In this document: positions 1-8,798 of the stretch, piece by piece
Numbering within the stretch: position 1 is the first letter of the stretch
How the letters are laid out: each line of letters begins with the position of its first letter
Made by a program: the position numbers and the translations under genes
Notes under the pieces: model-generated
The model's database searches: none
What the model was told of the DNA's origin: nothing
What the model saw: only the letters and a program-made list of their open reading frames with translations
NCBI GenBank assembly: GCA_965219995.1
Contig: CBDCOX010000002.1
Coordinates: forward strand, 704,001-768,000
Reading direction: 5' to 3'
DNA length: 64,000 nucleotides
DNA from: Candidatus Latescibacterota bacterium
GTDB lineage: Bacteria > Latescibacterota > UBA2968 > GCA-2709665

Positions 1-102
1 ACCAACGTCGAATCGGGCAATACGTACATCTATCACGTGGTTTCCTTGAGAGGTGATGACATCAGCAGTCCGTCCGACTCGGTCGTTGTGGCCGTTCCGT
101 AA
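1..102 (+). CDS. 3' end of a gene truncated by the window edge; C-terminus resembles a fibronectin type III beta-sandwich
   Basis: Frame 1 reads TNVESGNTYIYHVVSLRGDDISSPSDSVVVAVP-TAA; the G-x-T-Y-x-Y-x-V...S-x-P-S pattern is typical of the last FN3 strands. Confidence 0.55.
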   Translation, partial: TNVESGNTYIYHVVSLRGDDISSPSDSVVVAVP

Positions 103-404
103 GACTTCCGGGTTGCATTCCGGTTGGCAAACGGCAGAGCGCTGTACCATGCGGCGCTCTGCCGTTTTGTTGTTCGGGCGAGGGATTCCCATTGGGTCGG
201 TGCTCGTCCGGCGACGGCCGGGCGTCAGCGACACAGGTGCGCCGATCATGAAATGTCGCACGGCGCGCGTCAGTCCGTACGCACTCTGTCCTTCAATACC
301 CGACAGCGCAGTACCGGAGAACGGCGTACGCAATTCCCCGGATCTGCCGCTTAGTTTCTGCAAAGGTGAGACTTGCATCAATTCCTTTCCCGTGGTCGTG
401 TCAC

Positions 405-421
405 CGGTACGCGGTCTGCAT
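405..421 (+). promoter_or_regulatory. Putative sigma-54 (-24/-12) promoter
   Basis: CGGTACGCGGTCTGCAT: GG(406-407)-N10-GC(418-419), close to TGGCACG-N4-TTGCW, about 50 nt upstream of the ATG at 473; weak IHF-like CATCAATTCCTTT near 376-388. Confidence 0.45.
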
Positions 422-472
422 AGCACCAGGAGTCCGACGGCTGTGTTTCCACGAAAACATGGAGGATCGTCT

Positions 473-1795
473 ATGCAGCACGTGCTTCTGGTGGATGGCG
501 ACAAGCAGTTCCGGGAGGAAATGAAAGGTCGTCTGACGCGGCGGGGGGTGAGTGTCGCGTGCGCGGGAACCGCACGCGAAGGCCTGAGGTTGTACAGGAA
601 CGGCCGCCCCGGATGTGTGTTCGCCGAGGCCGAACTCCCGGACGGTGATGGATTTCCGGTCCTTGAGGAAGCCCACCGGCACACGCCTGTGGTGATGGTT
701 AGCGAGGGATTTTCGCCGGGCCAGGTTTTCTCGGCCATCTCGGGCGGTGCGTATGACTGTCTGTCCAAGCCGGTGGACGACCCGACCCTTGACGGACTGC
801 TCTACCGTCTGCGCAGGGAGCGGAACCCGGCGCCGGCGGATGCCGGACCGGGCGAACACGTTCCGGACGTCGACGACGTTATGGTTGTCGGTCGTTCCCA
901 GAAGATGATCGAGGCGCTAAAGACGGTTGCCGCGGTCGCGCGCACGCTGACAACCGTCCTCGTCTGCGGAGAAAGCGGAACCGGCAAGGAGTTGATGGCG
1001 AGAGAAATCCACCGCGCGTCGGGCAGAACGGGGGCGTTCGTGGCCGTCAATTGCGTGGCTGTGATGGAAAGTCTCACCGAGAGCGAATTGTTCGGACACG
1101 AACGCGGCGCCTTTACGGGTGCGGCCGGCCGGCGCGCGGGTTGCTTCGAGCAGGCAAGCGATGGCACTTTGTTTCTGGACGAAATCGGTGATGCGCGCCC
1201 GACGTTTCAGGCGAAGCTGCTGCGTGTGCTGGACCGCGTTGAATTCGTTCGCGTGGGCGGCCAGGAAACGATCCGTCCCGACGTTCGGGTCGTGGCGGCC
1301 ACGAATGCCGACCTGGAGCATCTGGTCGCGAAAGGCACGTTCAGGGCGGACCTCTACTACAGACTCAGCGAGGTCACCTTGCAGTTGCCGCCGCTCCGGG
1401 ATCGTCTGCCGGATATTCCCTTGCTCGCGCGGCGCACACTCAGCGAAATTCGACACCGGACCGGTCGAAGCGTTGCGGGCATATCACAGGAAGCCATGCA
1501 TCGGTTGATGGTCTATCAGTGGCCGGGCAACGTCAGAGAACTGCAGAACGTGCTGGTCAGGGCGGCGCTTCATTGTCGGGGACGGACGGTCCATACCAAT
1601 CACCTGAAGGGTCTGATCCGGGACGGGTCGGACGAGACCGACGAATCGCTGACCCTGGCGGACGTGGAACGCAGGCACATCGAGCAGGTTCTGAATGCAA
1701 CGGGCTGGAACCGCGGCATGGCTTGCGACGTTCTGGGCGTTTCGCGACCGACGCTCCGAAGAAAGATCAGGGATTACGGGCTTCTCTCAGGATGA
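473..1795 (+). CDS. Sigma-54-dependent NtrC/AtoC-family enhancer-binding protein (atypical receiver, AAA+, Fis-type HTH)
   Basis: GGAGG RBS before ATG 473; Walker A GESGTGKE, GAFTGA loop, Walker B LFLDEIG, WPGNVRELQN, C-terminal LGVSRPTLRRK HTH. Confidence 0.93.
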   Translation: MQHVLLVDGDKQFREEMKGRLTRRGVSVACAGTAREGLRLYRNGRPGCVFAEAELPDGDGFPVLEEAHRHTPVVMVSEGFSPGQVFSAISGGAYDCLSKPVDDPTLDGLLYRLRRERNPAPADAGPGEHVPDVDDVMVVGRSQKMIEALKTVAAVARTLTTVLVCGESGTGKELMAREIHRASGRTGAFVAVNCVAVMESLTESELFGHERGAFTGAAGRRAGCFEQASDGTLFLDEIGDARPTFQAKLLRVLDRVEFVRVGGQETIRPDVRVVAATNADLEHLVAKGTFRADLYYRLSEVTLQLPPLRDRLPDIPLLARRTLSEIRHRTGRSVAGISQEAMHRLMVYQWPGNVRELQNVLVRAALHCRGRTVHTNHLKGLIRDGSDETDESLTLADVERRHIEQVLNATGWNRGMACDVLGVSRPTLRRKIRDYGLLSG

Positions 1796-1848
1796 GGGTA
1801 TCCAACCGAACGGCGAAAGCCGCGGGCCCTGACGCCGTACGGACGCGC

Positions 1849-1877
1849 TTGACTTCACGCGGGCTGAAGTGCATAAT
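1849..1877 (+). promoter_or_regulatory. Putative sigma-70 promoter upstream of thrC with an internal inverted repeat
   Basis: TTGACT-17 nt-CATAAT; ACTTCA-N7-TGAAGT inverted repeat overlaps the -35 and spacer. Confidence 0.5.
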
Positions 1878-1912
1878 TAGCCTCAATGTGAAAAAAGAAC
1901 ACCGAAAAATTG

Positions 1913-1943
1913 GCCACAAAAAGCACAAAAGGCACAAAAGGCA
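1913..1943. repeat. Short 9-nt-period tandem repeat
   Basis: GCCACAAAA AGCACAAAA GGCACAAAA GGCA in an AT-rich intergenic region. Confidence 0.7.
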
Positions 1944-2153
1944 TCCGTGCAAAGCGGCGTGTGTCATAACGCGGTGACCCTGCAATTCTTTCCTCACCGG
2001 ACCGAAAAGGTCGTCTGGAAGCACATTTTTCCGTTCACGTCCAGTGACCTGAAGTATCCTGGTAATCAGATGTTTAATCGCCTTTATCAACTTGCGTTTA
2101 TTCGAATTAACGTTACCGAAAAATGACGAATCAAGGTTCGGTTTGGAGGACGG

Positions 2154-3353
2154 ATGGGAACCCTGGTCGACCTGGAGTGTACCCGTTGCGGAAGGGCCCA
2201 TGAAAAGCAAAAACTCTGGAATCTGAGCGCCTGCTGTGACGCGCCGCTTTTCGCCAGGTACGATCTGGAGAAAGTGTCGAGATCCGTCGATAGAGCCGAT
2301 CTGGCGGGGCGGGAGGCGACAATGTGGCGGTACGAGGATGTCCTGCCCGTAGAACGAACCGCGTACCGGGTAAGCCTGGGAGAGGGGTTCACGCCGCTGC
2401 TGAAGGTCGAGGCCCTGGGGAGTCGGCTCGGTTTGCGCGAACTCTTCGTTAAGGATGAGGGGGTCAATCCAACCGGGTCATTCAAGGCGCGCGGGCTGTC
2501 GGCGGCGATCTCCAGGGCGGCGGAGTTGGGGGCGGCGGCAGTGGCCATTCCGTCGGCAGGGAACGCCGGCGGCGCAACCGCGGCCTACGCGGCGCGCGCG
2601 GGACTGCCCGCACATGTATTCATGCCGGCGGATGTTCCGGTGGCGAACAGGGTGGAGTGCGAGCGCCTGGGGGCGCAGGTGACGCTTGTGAACGGGTTGA
2701 TTACGGATTGCGGGAGGATGGTGGCCGATCGCAAGGCCGATCAGGGCTGGTTCGACGTCTCAACGCTCAAGGAGCCGTATCGGGTGGAAGGGAAGAAGAC
2801 GATGGGATATGAACTCGCCGAGCAGCTGGGCTGGGAACTGCCGGACGTCGTTCTGTATCCCACCGGTGGCGGCACGGGTCTGATCGGCATGTGGAAGGCG
2901 TTCGACGAAATGGAATCCATGGGATGGATCGGCGCGGCTCGCCCCAGGATGGTGGCGGTACAGGCCGCCGGCTGTGCGCCCATCGTCAGGGCATACGAGG
3001 CGGGCGCCGATTCGGCCGAAACATGGGAAGATGCGGAAACAGTCGCGTCCGGCCTGCGGGTTCCGGGCGCCGTGGGCGACTTTCTGATGCTTCGGGCGAT
3101 CCGGGAAAGCAACGGCACGGCCGTCGCCGTCACCGACGAGGCGTTGTTGGCGTGCGTCGAGGAAATGGCCTCGTCGACCGGAATCTTCCCGGCCCCGGAA
3201 GGTGCGGCGACGCTTGCCGGGCTAAAGAGACTCGTCTCGGACGGGTGGATCACTCCTGCGGACCGGGTGGTGCTCTTCAATACCGGAACCGGCTTGAAAT
3301 ATATCGAGGCCATTGAGTCGGCCGAAGGACTTTCCCGGACACGGATCGGATGA
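2154..3353 (+). CDS. thrC: Threonine synthase (PLP fold II)
   Basis: N-terminal CxxC Zn-ribbon, SLGEGFTPL, NPTGSFKARG (PLP lysine), SAGNAG, PTGGGTG, FNTGTGLKY. Confidence 0.88.
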   Translation: MGTLVDLECTRCGRAHEKQKLWNLSACCDAPLFARYDLEKVSRSVDRADLAGREATMWRYEDVLPVERTAYRVSLGEGFTPLLKVEALGSRLGLRELFVKDEGVNPTGSFKARGLSAAISRAAELGAAAVAIPSAGNAGGATAAYAARAGLPAHVFMPADVPVANRVECERLGAQVTLVNGLITDCGRMVADRKADQGWFDVSTLKEPYRVEGKKTMGYELAEQLGWELPDVVLYPTGGGTGLIGMWKAFDEMESMGWIGAARPRMVAVQAAGCAPIVRAYEAGADSAETWEDAETVASGLRVPGAVGDFLMLRAIRESNGTAVAVTDEALLACVEEMASSTGIFPAPEGAATLAGLKRLVSDGWITPADRVVLFNTGTGLKYIEAIESAEGLSRTRIG

Positions 3354-3435
3354 ACGCTCCCGGCGAGTCGCGCAGTCCGCTTCCGTCTACCGGGTTGAAC
3401 AACGGCGAAATCACACGACAGAAGGTACCCACGCG

Positions 3436-3825
3436 ATGAAGAAACGGGCGATCGGAAAATTCCAGAGTTTCGTTCTCGAGTCAGACGACACGGTCGTGCT
3501 GATGGGTAACCTGAAGGCCCACGCGGACTTCCTGACACGTCTCGGATTCATCCGGCACCCCGAGACCGGGGAGTTTGTCGGAACGGGCGCCAATCTTTAC
3601 GCCATGGCGCCAGACGATTTCTACGATCGGTTCAGTGCACGGACGGGCGCGGACCCGGAACTGACCGCGCAGGCCCACGACGGCGAGGATTTCTACCAGA
3701 TCGATGGACTGCCGCTGGCCGCGGCCCGTGCCGACGGCAAACCGTATATTGAGGCGATTACAGCCGTGGATATCGAGACCCGGGTGTATATCGAGCAGGG
3801 AGTGGCGAACTTCAGGGTGGGGTAG
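3436..3825 (+). CDS. Hypothetical protein (129 aa)
   Basis: Protein-like composition and GC3-biased codons; fills the gap between thrC and convergent hpnE; no motif recognised. Confidence 0.65.
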   Translation: MKKRAIGKFQSFVLESDDTVVLMGNLKAHADFLTRLGFIRHPETGEFVGTGANLYAMAPDDFYDRFSARTGADPELTAQAHDGEDFYQIDGLPLAAARADGKPYIEAITAVDIETRVYIEQGVANFRVG

Positions 3826-3836
3826 GCACAACCATG

Positions 3837-5162
3837 TTACGCATTCAGGTACTCGAGCGCGAGCGCTGCCGCCCGGTAACCGCTGTCCACCGCGCTTTCG
3901 ACGGTGGCCGGCAGACCGGTGTCGGTCCAGTCTCCTGCAATGTAGAGTCCGGGGGCGGTCGTGCGGTTGGGCGGTGGTGACTGGCCGCCGGGAAGGGCGA
4001 AAGTCGCATGTCGTTCCCGAACAACCAGATGGTGCTCCAGCGGATTCTGTCTCGTTGCGGGCAGAACGTCATGCAGGTCCCCCAGCGCAATTTCCACAAG
4101 TCTGTCGTCCGGCTGGTCCACCAGCCGGTCTGCGGCGCTTGCAACCAGGGTTACGTGCCCCGGCGACGCTTTGTCACGACCGTCGTAGAGCATCGGTTTG
4201 TTGAATATCCAGTCCATCCGGCCCGCGAGCAGGCCGACAAAAGGCCTGTCGAGAACGGGCTCCTCGAACCAGAGATTGACCGAAAGGATTGGAGAGGGAT
4301 AGAAGCGTTTCAAGCGTGTTTTGAGATCTTCGAAGCCTTCCGGCAGGATGCGGGCAAGCGCAGGAGGGGTGATTGCGCAGATTGCGGCATCCGCCGTCAA
4401 ACCCTCGCCCGATCTCAACCGGATTTCGATCTTTCCGCCTCCGACAACGTTCAGTGCCGCGACGGCATCGCCCACGCGGCACGTGCCGCCGCGCCGCTGG
4501 ATGAATTCCCTGGCCTCGCCCGTATACATCGCGCTGAGTCCGACGCCCGCATAGCCCATCAGGTTCGAATCCCTCTCACCGAGAAACGCCGATCTCAGTA
4601 CGGACGTCAGGTAGCGGGCCGGGGCCGCATCCGGCTGCTGATTCAGCGCGGAGATGCACAGCGGATCCCAGAACGCACGTCGGATGGCTGGCGATTGCCT
4701 GCACGCCTCCAGCCAGTCGTTCACGGTAAGGCCCGGCGCCGTGGGCTTGCTGAGGGCCGATCTGACGTGGCGCAGCCGGAGGACGTCCCCCGTGCCAACC
4801 GGCCTGTATCGCAGAAAGCCGGCCAGCAGATTGAGAGGAGGCGGCAACCGCCGGGGAAACGAAAGGACGGCGCGCCCCGTGCCGGGGTGGACGAAGTCCA
4901 GGCGAAACTCGTCCTGAAAACACAGACGGTCACCGGTCCCGATGGTCTCCAGGAACTCCCGGGTTCGGAGGTAACAATTCATGAAGAGGTGCTGGCCGTT
5001 GTCCACCGTATCGCCCGTTGCGCGATCGGTGAACGAATAGGCCCGCCCGCCCAGACGTTTTCTGCGTTCGAACAGGCTGACGTCGCAGTTGCCGCACGCC
5101 GCGAGGCGAACACCCGCGGCGAGACCGGCAAAGCCGCCGCCGATGACGATCACATGGCTCAT
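3837..5162 (-). CDS. hpnE: Hydroxysqualene dehydroxylase (squalene-associated FAD-dependent oxidoreductase)
   Basis: GGGFAG FAD motif, LGGRAYSF, DNGQH, AGDWTDTGLPATVESAV; overlaps hpnD by 4 nt. Confidence 0.92.
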   Translation of the reverse strand: MSHVIVIGGGFAGLAAGVRLAACGNCDVSLFERRKRLGGRAYSFTDRATGDTVDNGQHLFMNCYLRTREFLETIGTGDRLCFQDEFRLDFVHPGTGRAVLSFPRRLPPPLNLLAGFLRYRPVGTGDVLRLRHVRSALSKPTAPGLTVNDWLEACRQSPAIRRAFWDPLCISALNQQPDAAPARYLTSVLRSAFLGERDSNLMGYAGVGLSAMYTGEAREFIQRRGGTCRVGDAVAALNVVGGGKIEIRLRSGEGLTADAAICAITPPALARILPEGFEDLKTRLKRFYPSPILSVNLWFEEPVLDRPFVGLLAGRMDWIFNKPMLYDGRDKASPGHVTLVASAADRLVDQPDDRLVEIALGDLHDVLPATRQNPLEHHLVVRERHATFALPGGQSPPPNRTTAPGLYIAGDWTDTGLPATVESAVDSGYRAAALALEYLNA

Positions 5163-6019
5163 GTCGGCTTCTCGCGCGTTCCAACCCGGCTGCGAAGGCA
5201 GAAATCCAGTGCGATGCCCAGCTTCTTCAGATTGTTCACGCGAATCGGGTATTCATACACGTTGTAATTGACCGCTTCGATGCGGCTGAGAAGGCGGCTG
5301 TAGATGCATCCCATGATTTCCGCCGGAAAGAGGCTTCGCCGATCTTCCTCGGGCAGACATTCCGCCGCTTTCCTGTAATAGCTCCATGCCCGCCCGCACT
5401 GGTATTTCATCAGACTGCGAAACCCGGAAGTGGAGGCCCCGGCGAAGAGGTCTCTTTCCGTGTAGTCGAATCGTCTCAGATCTTCCAGCGGCAGATAAAT
5501 GCGATCGCTCATCGCGTCGGATTTGATGTCCCGAAGGATGTTGGTGAGTTGGAGAGCGATCCCGAGGTTGACCGCGTAGTCCTGAGACGCCCGTTTGGTG
5601 TAGCCGAAGATTTCGATGCAAATGAGACCGACGATCGAGGCGACGCGGTAACAATATTCGTACAGTTCGCCGAAGGTCTGGTAGCGGTTCTTGACCAGGT
5701 CCATCTCGACGCCGTCGATCAGCTTGAGGAAGTGTTCTTTCGGGATATTGAAATGCCTGAGGGCTTTGTGAAGGTTTGCCGTAATCGGGTGTTGCGGTCT
5801 GCCGACGAAACAGGCGTGGGTCTCGGCGCGCCAGCTCGACAGATTTCGGGCTGCGGTTTCCCGGGAAGGCGCGTCGTCAACCAGGTCGTCGGTGTGACGG
5901 CTGAACGCGTACGTGGCAATGATGGCGTCGCGCTTGGTTCTGGGCAGGAATACGAACGCGTAGTAAAAGTTGCTGCGCGCCTTGCGCACGAGCGCCGAAG
6001 TGTAGGATCGGATATTCAT
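5159..6019 (-). CDS. hpnD: Presqualene diphosphate synthase
   Basis: SNFYYAF, DDLVD, YCYRVAS, LGIALQLTNILRD, RIYLP; located between hpnC and hpnE. Confidence 0.9.
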   Translation of the reverse strand: MNIRSYTSALVRKARSNFYYAFVFLPRTKRDAIIATYAFSRHTDDLVDDAPSRETAARNLSSWRAETHACFVGRPQHPITANLHKALRHFNIPKEHFLKLIDGVEMDLVKNRYQTFGELYEYCYRVASIVGLICIEIFGYTKRASQDYAVNLGIALQLTNILRDIKSDAMSDRIYLPLEDLRRFDYTERDLFAGASTSGFRSLMKYQCGRAWSYYRKAAECLPEEDRRSLFPAEIMGCIYSRLLSRIEAVNYNVYEYPIRVNNLKKLGIALDFCLRSRVGTREKPT

Positions 6020-6945
6020 ACCGCAGGCGACCTGGATTCGCGGCTCCGACGCGGATTCCAGAACAGGGCGTGGAAAAACAGGCCGAAAATATCCCGTTTT
6101 TCGACGGTGGGGCGTCGACGGAAAATATCGTAGCCATTGGCACGGATCTTGTCCAGGACCTTCAAGCCGCCGAGACAGGTCAGCCGGAGTTCGTACTTGA
6201 GCCGGCCGGAAACGAGGTCCGGCAGTTCGGACCCCTTCTCGAAAAGGATCCTGGTGCGGTCGATCTGACAGGCCATCAGGGCTTTGAAGCCGTCCGTGAG
6301 CCGCTGTTCCGCCAGATCGCTCTCGGTGACGCCGAACCGGTCCATGTCGTCCTGCGGCAGGTAGATGCGATCCCGGGAAAAGTCGACTGCAGCGTCCTGC
6401 CAGAAGTTGGCCAGCTGGAGTGCCGTACAGATCAGGTCTGAATGATACCGACGGCGTTCGTCTGAATGGGAAAACAGATGCAGAATGAGGCGACCCACCG
6501 GCGCCGCGGAGTACCGGCAGTAGGCCAGCAGATGGTTGAATGTCCGGTGCCTGTGCGTGACCACGTCCATCTTGAAGGCATGAAGCAGGTCATGCAGGTG
6601 TCGGCGGGGTATCCGTTGCGATCGGATCGTCTCCCCCAGGGCGATCAGAATAGGGCCTTCGGGTGTATCCGTGCACCTGGCGAGCTTCGCGTCCCAGTCG
6701 TCCAGCCGCCGTGTGCGTTCGGCAGGGTCCAGGCCGGGTTCGTCGGCCCAGTCGTCGGCCGTGCGCGCAAAGGCATAGATGCTGTAAACATGCGGTCGTA
6801 TTCTCGCGGGAATGAGGCGGGACCCCACCGGGAAATTCTCGTAGTGGCTTCGGGTCAGCGACTCGCAATAGGCGAAGGCTTCCGCGAGTGACGTACTTGA
6901 ATTTGCGCGCGTCTGTGAGGCCGCTCGTCCGGTATCGGGTTCCAT
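6016..6945 (-). CDS. hpnC: Hydroxysqualene synthase
   Basis: HYENFPVGS, YAFARTADDWADE, YCRYSAAPVGR, ALQLANFWQD; start placed at MEPDTG because the track's longer 5' extension overlaps cobO. Confidence 0.9.
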   Translation of the reverse strand: MEPDTGRAASQTRANSSTSLAEAFAYCESLTRSHYENFPVGSRLIPARIRPHVYSIYAFARTADDWADEPGLDPAERTRRLDDWDAKLARCTDTPEGPILIALGETIRSQRIPRRHLHDLLHAFKMDVVTHRHRTFNHLLAYCRYSAAPVGRLILHLFSHSDERRRYHSDLICTALQLANFWQDAAVDFSRDRIYLPQDDMDRFGVTESDLAEQRLTDGFKALMACQIDRTRILFEKGSELPDLVSGRLKYELRLTCLGGLKVLDKIRANGYDIFRRRPTVEKRDIFGLFFHALFWNPRRSRESRSPAV

Positions 6946-7043
6946 GCAAGAAAGATAATTGAAATGATTCGACTCCGCCAGCCCTTGTATCCGAGAAGAA
7001 GCGGGCTCTGACGGTATGCCTTTGGCGAAGAGGGGACTCCTGA

Positions 7044-7655
7044 ATGAACGAACGAACGCGCGCGTCCACACGGCCTCGGGTGATACCACCGGCAAGAGAT
7101 GACGAGAAGCAACACCAGGTCCACGTCTATTTCGGGTACGGCAAGGGGAAGACGACGTGTTGTGTGGGGTTGGCAATCCGTGTCCTGGGTGCCGGCGGGC
7201 GAGTCGCACTCGTACAATTCGACAAGGGGTACGACGGAGAAGACGAACATTACTCGGAGCGGCACGTGTTGCGGGAACTGGACGACGTCGAGTTGCATCC
7301 CACGGGATGTGAGCGCATGATGCCGGACGGGACGTTTCGATTCGGCGCGGAGCCACAGGACACTGAGGAGGCCCGGCGCGGGCTCGCCATCGCACGGCAG
7401 TTGTTGCGGGCGGGTGGGCAGGATCTGTTGATTCTGGACGAGATCCTGGCCGCAGTTGCCTATGGACTTCTGCAACGGCCGGACGTGATGGAACTTCTGG
7501 ACCTGTACGACGAGGATCGCCGGTGCGAACTCGTTCTATCGGGGCACAAGGTCTGGGACGCGCTCGTCGATCGTGTCGATCTGGCGACCGAGATGCGCAA
7601 GGTGAAGCACTACTACGCGAAGGGGGTTCCCGCAAGGAAGGGAATCGAATTCTAG
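7044..7655 (+). CDS. cobO: Cob(I)yrinic acid a,c-diamide adenosyltransferase (CobO/BtuR family)
   Basis: GYGKGKTT P-loop, VQFDKG, LILDE, TEMRKVKHYY..G..ARKGIEF C-terminus. Confidence 0.85.
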   Translation: MNERTRASTRPRVIPPARDDEKQHQVHVYFGYGKGKTTCCVGLAIRVLGAGGRVALVQFDKGYDGEDEHYSERHVLRELDDVELHPTGCERMMPDGTFRFGAEPQDTEEARRGLAIARQLLRAGGQDLLILDEILAAVAYGLLQRPDVMELLDLYDEDRRCELVLSGHKVWDALVDRVDLATEMRKVKHYYAKGVPARKGIEF

Positions 7656-7847
7656 TGTTCTGCGGGACGGCGCCCCGAGCCCCAGCCGATGTTTATGCGT
7701 TGCCGGCAACTGGTCCCTGGGGGGCTCGACGGGATGCGGGCCGCCGACGGCCTGGAGGTTTTATCTGCCAAGGGTATCGGAAAAGTGTTTGTTTCACCCC
7801 GACTGCGCGTTTATCTTGGGGCCGTTTCGAATTCTGCGTTGCGGTCC

Positions 7848-7887
7848 AAAAAAGACCCCCGGATCTATGTTCCTGAGGTCTTTTTTT
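7848..7887. terminator. Probable bidirectional intrinsic terminator between convergent cobO and vapC
   Basis: AAAAAAGACC-CCCGGA...TCCTGA-GGTCTTTTTTT imperfect stem flanked by A- and T-tracts. Confidence 0.55.
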
Positions 7888-7908
7888 AAATGGAATCAGG
7901 CGATCCGT

Positions 7909-8337
7909 TCAATCGTCGCCCGGCGCTCGAACCTCGAGGCTTTCAAAGCGGGAAAAATGCCGGCGGTCGAACGTGTAGACGGCCTTCAAGTCGCGCAACG
8001 GCATCAAGGCCGCGTTATATGCGTCTCCGAAATCCACGTTCTTGTCCACATAGTGGGAAATGGCCTCGGAGATGATATCTCGATCGTCCACGTCCAGGCC
8101 AGGCGTGTTGATAATGGCCCGAACCCTGGCCTGAATATCATGTCGCGGGAGGTTGTAGAAGGACTCCAGCGTCCAGACAATCTCGGCAATCACCAGAATC
8201 CCGGTAACCAGCACCACGTCGCCAGCCGCGGCCCGGCGCAACAGACGTTCTACCGCATCGGCCTGTTCCGGTACATCGTTGGTCAGGTAACGCAAGAATA
8301 CATTGGTATCGACGAAAACACGTTCAGGAACTGCCAT
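7909..8337 (-). CDS. vapC: Type II TA toxin, PIN-domain ribonuclease
   Basis: FVDTNVFLR, AEIVW, DFGDAY, YTFDRRHF acidic PIN motifs; overlaps the antitoxin gene. Confidence 0.88.
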   Translation of the reverse strand: MAVPERVFVDTNVFLRYLTNDVPEQADAVERLLRRAAAGDVVLVTGILVIAEIVWTLESFYNLPRHDIQARVRAIINTPGLDVDDRDIISEAISHYVDKNVDFGDAYNAALMPLRDLKAVYTFDRRHFSRFESLEVRAPGDD

Positions 8338-8575
8338 CTGGTCTCTTGCGGGCCCTGGATTTCCGGACCTGGTCGCGAATGTCGTCGAAATTCTGAGGGC
8401 CGGACACAGTCACGCTTCCCCGCATGTCCAGCAGGGTCTGGTTCAGCGGCTGAACCGAAAACTCGTGACGTCGTTGAACGAACACAATATGGTCGCCCTC
8501 TCGAACGTCGAGCGCGTTGCGAACTTCCCGGGGCAATGTCATCTGTCCGCGACGTCCCACCTTTGCAATTGGCAT
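8324..8575 (-). CDS. AbrB/MazE/SpoVT-family antitoxin
   Basis: KVGRRGQMTLPREVRNALDVREGDHIVF swapped-hairpin motif directly upstream of the PIN toxin. Confidence 0.88.
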   Translation of the reverse strand: MPIAKVGRRGQMTLPREVRNALDVREGDHIVFVQRRHEFSVQPLNQTLLDMRGSVTVSGPQNFDDIRDQVRKSRARKRPDGSS

Positions 8576-8600
8576 GGCAATCTCTCTTATTGAACGTATG

Positions 8601-8626
8601 ATTTGAATTTGACTGTCAATTCTAAA
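8601..8626. promoter_or_regulatory. AT-rich palindrome, probable TA operator in a divergent promoter region
   Basis: Core TTGAC-T-GTCAA (8609-8619) with imperfect flanks; gives TTGACA on the - strand and TTGACT on the + strand. Confidence 0.45.
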
Positions 8627-8798
8627 TATGCCTGATAATAGTTAAATTGCAAGCTATTTTTGCGGCCTGGAAATGGGCCGCCGGCTGCGCCTGTCGTTGT
8701 AAGCGGCAATCGCATTACGCCACCCCCTGAATCCGGTTCCCTTCCGCTCTGTGCGAGGATCCGGTGCCGATTGTCCATTTTTGGAGTGAACCCGGCGA

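Noticed and set aside
53-472. 5' extensions in the ORF track (also 6946-7635, 11921-12079, 45915-46337, 47599-47841, 62637-63038)
   Set aside because: Low-complexity sequence that often overlaps neighbouring genes; internal starts with an RBS or matching family N-termini fit better.
3837-6945. Carotenoid genes (crtB/crtM/crtI)
   Set aside because: Two synthase paralogs with the HYENF and SNFYYAF signatures plus the DNGQH oxidoreductase match HpnC/D/E.
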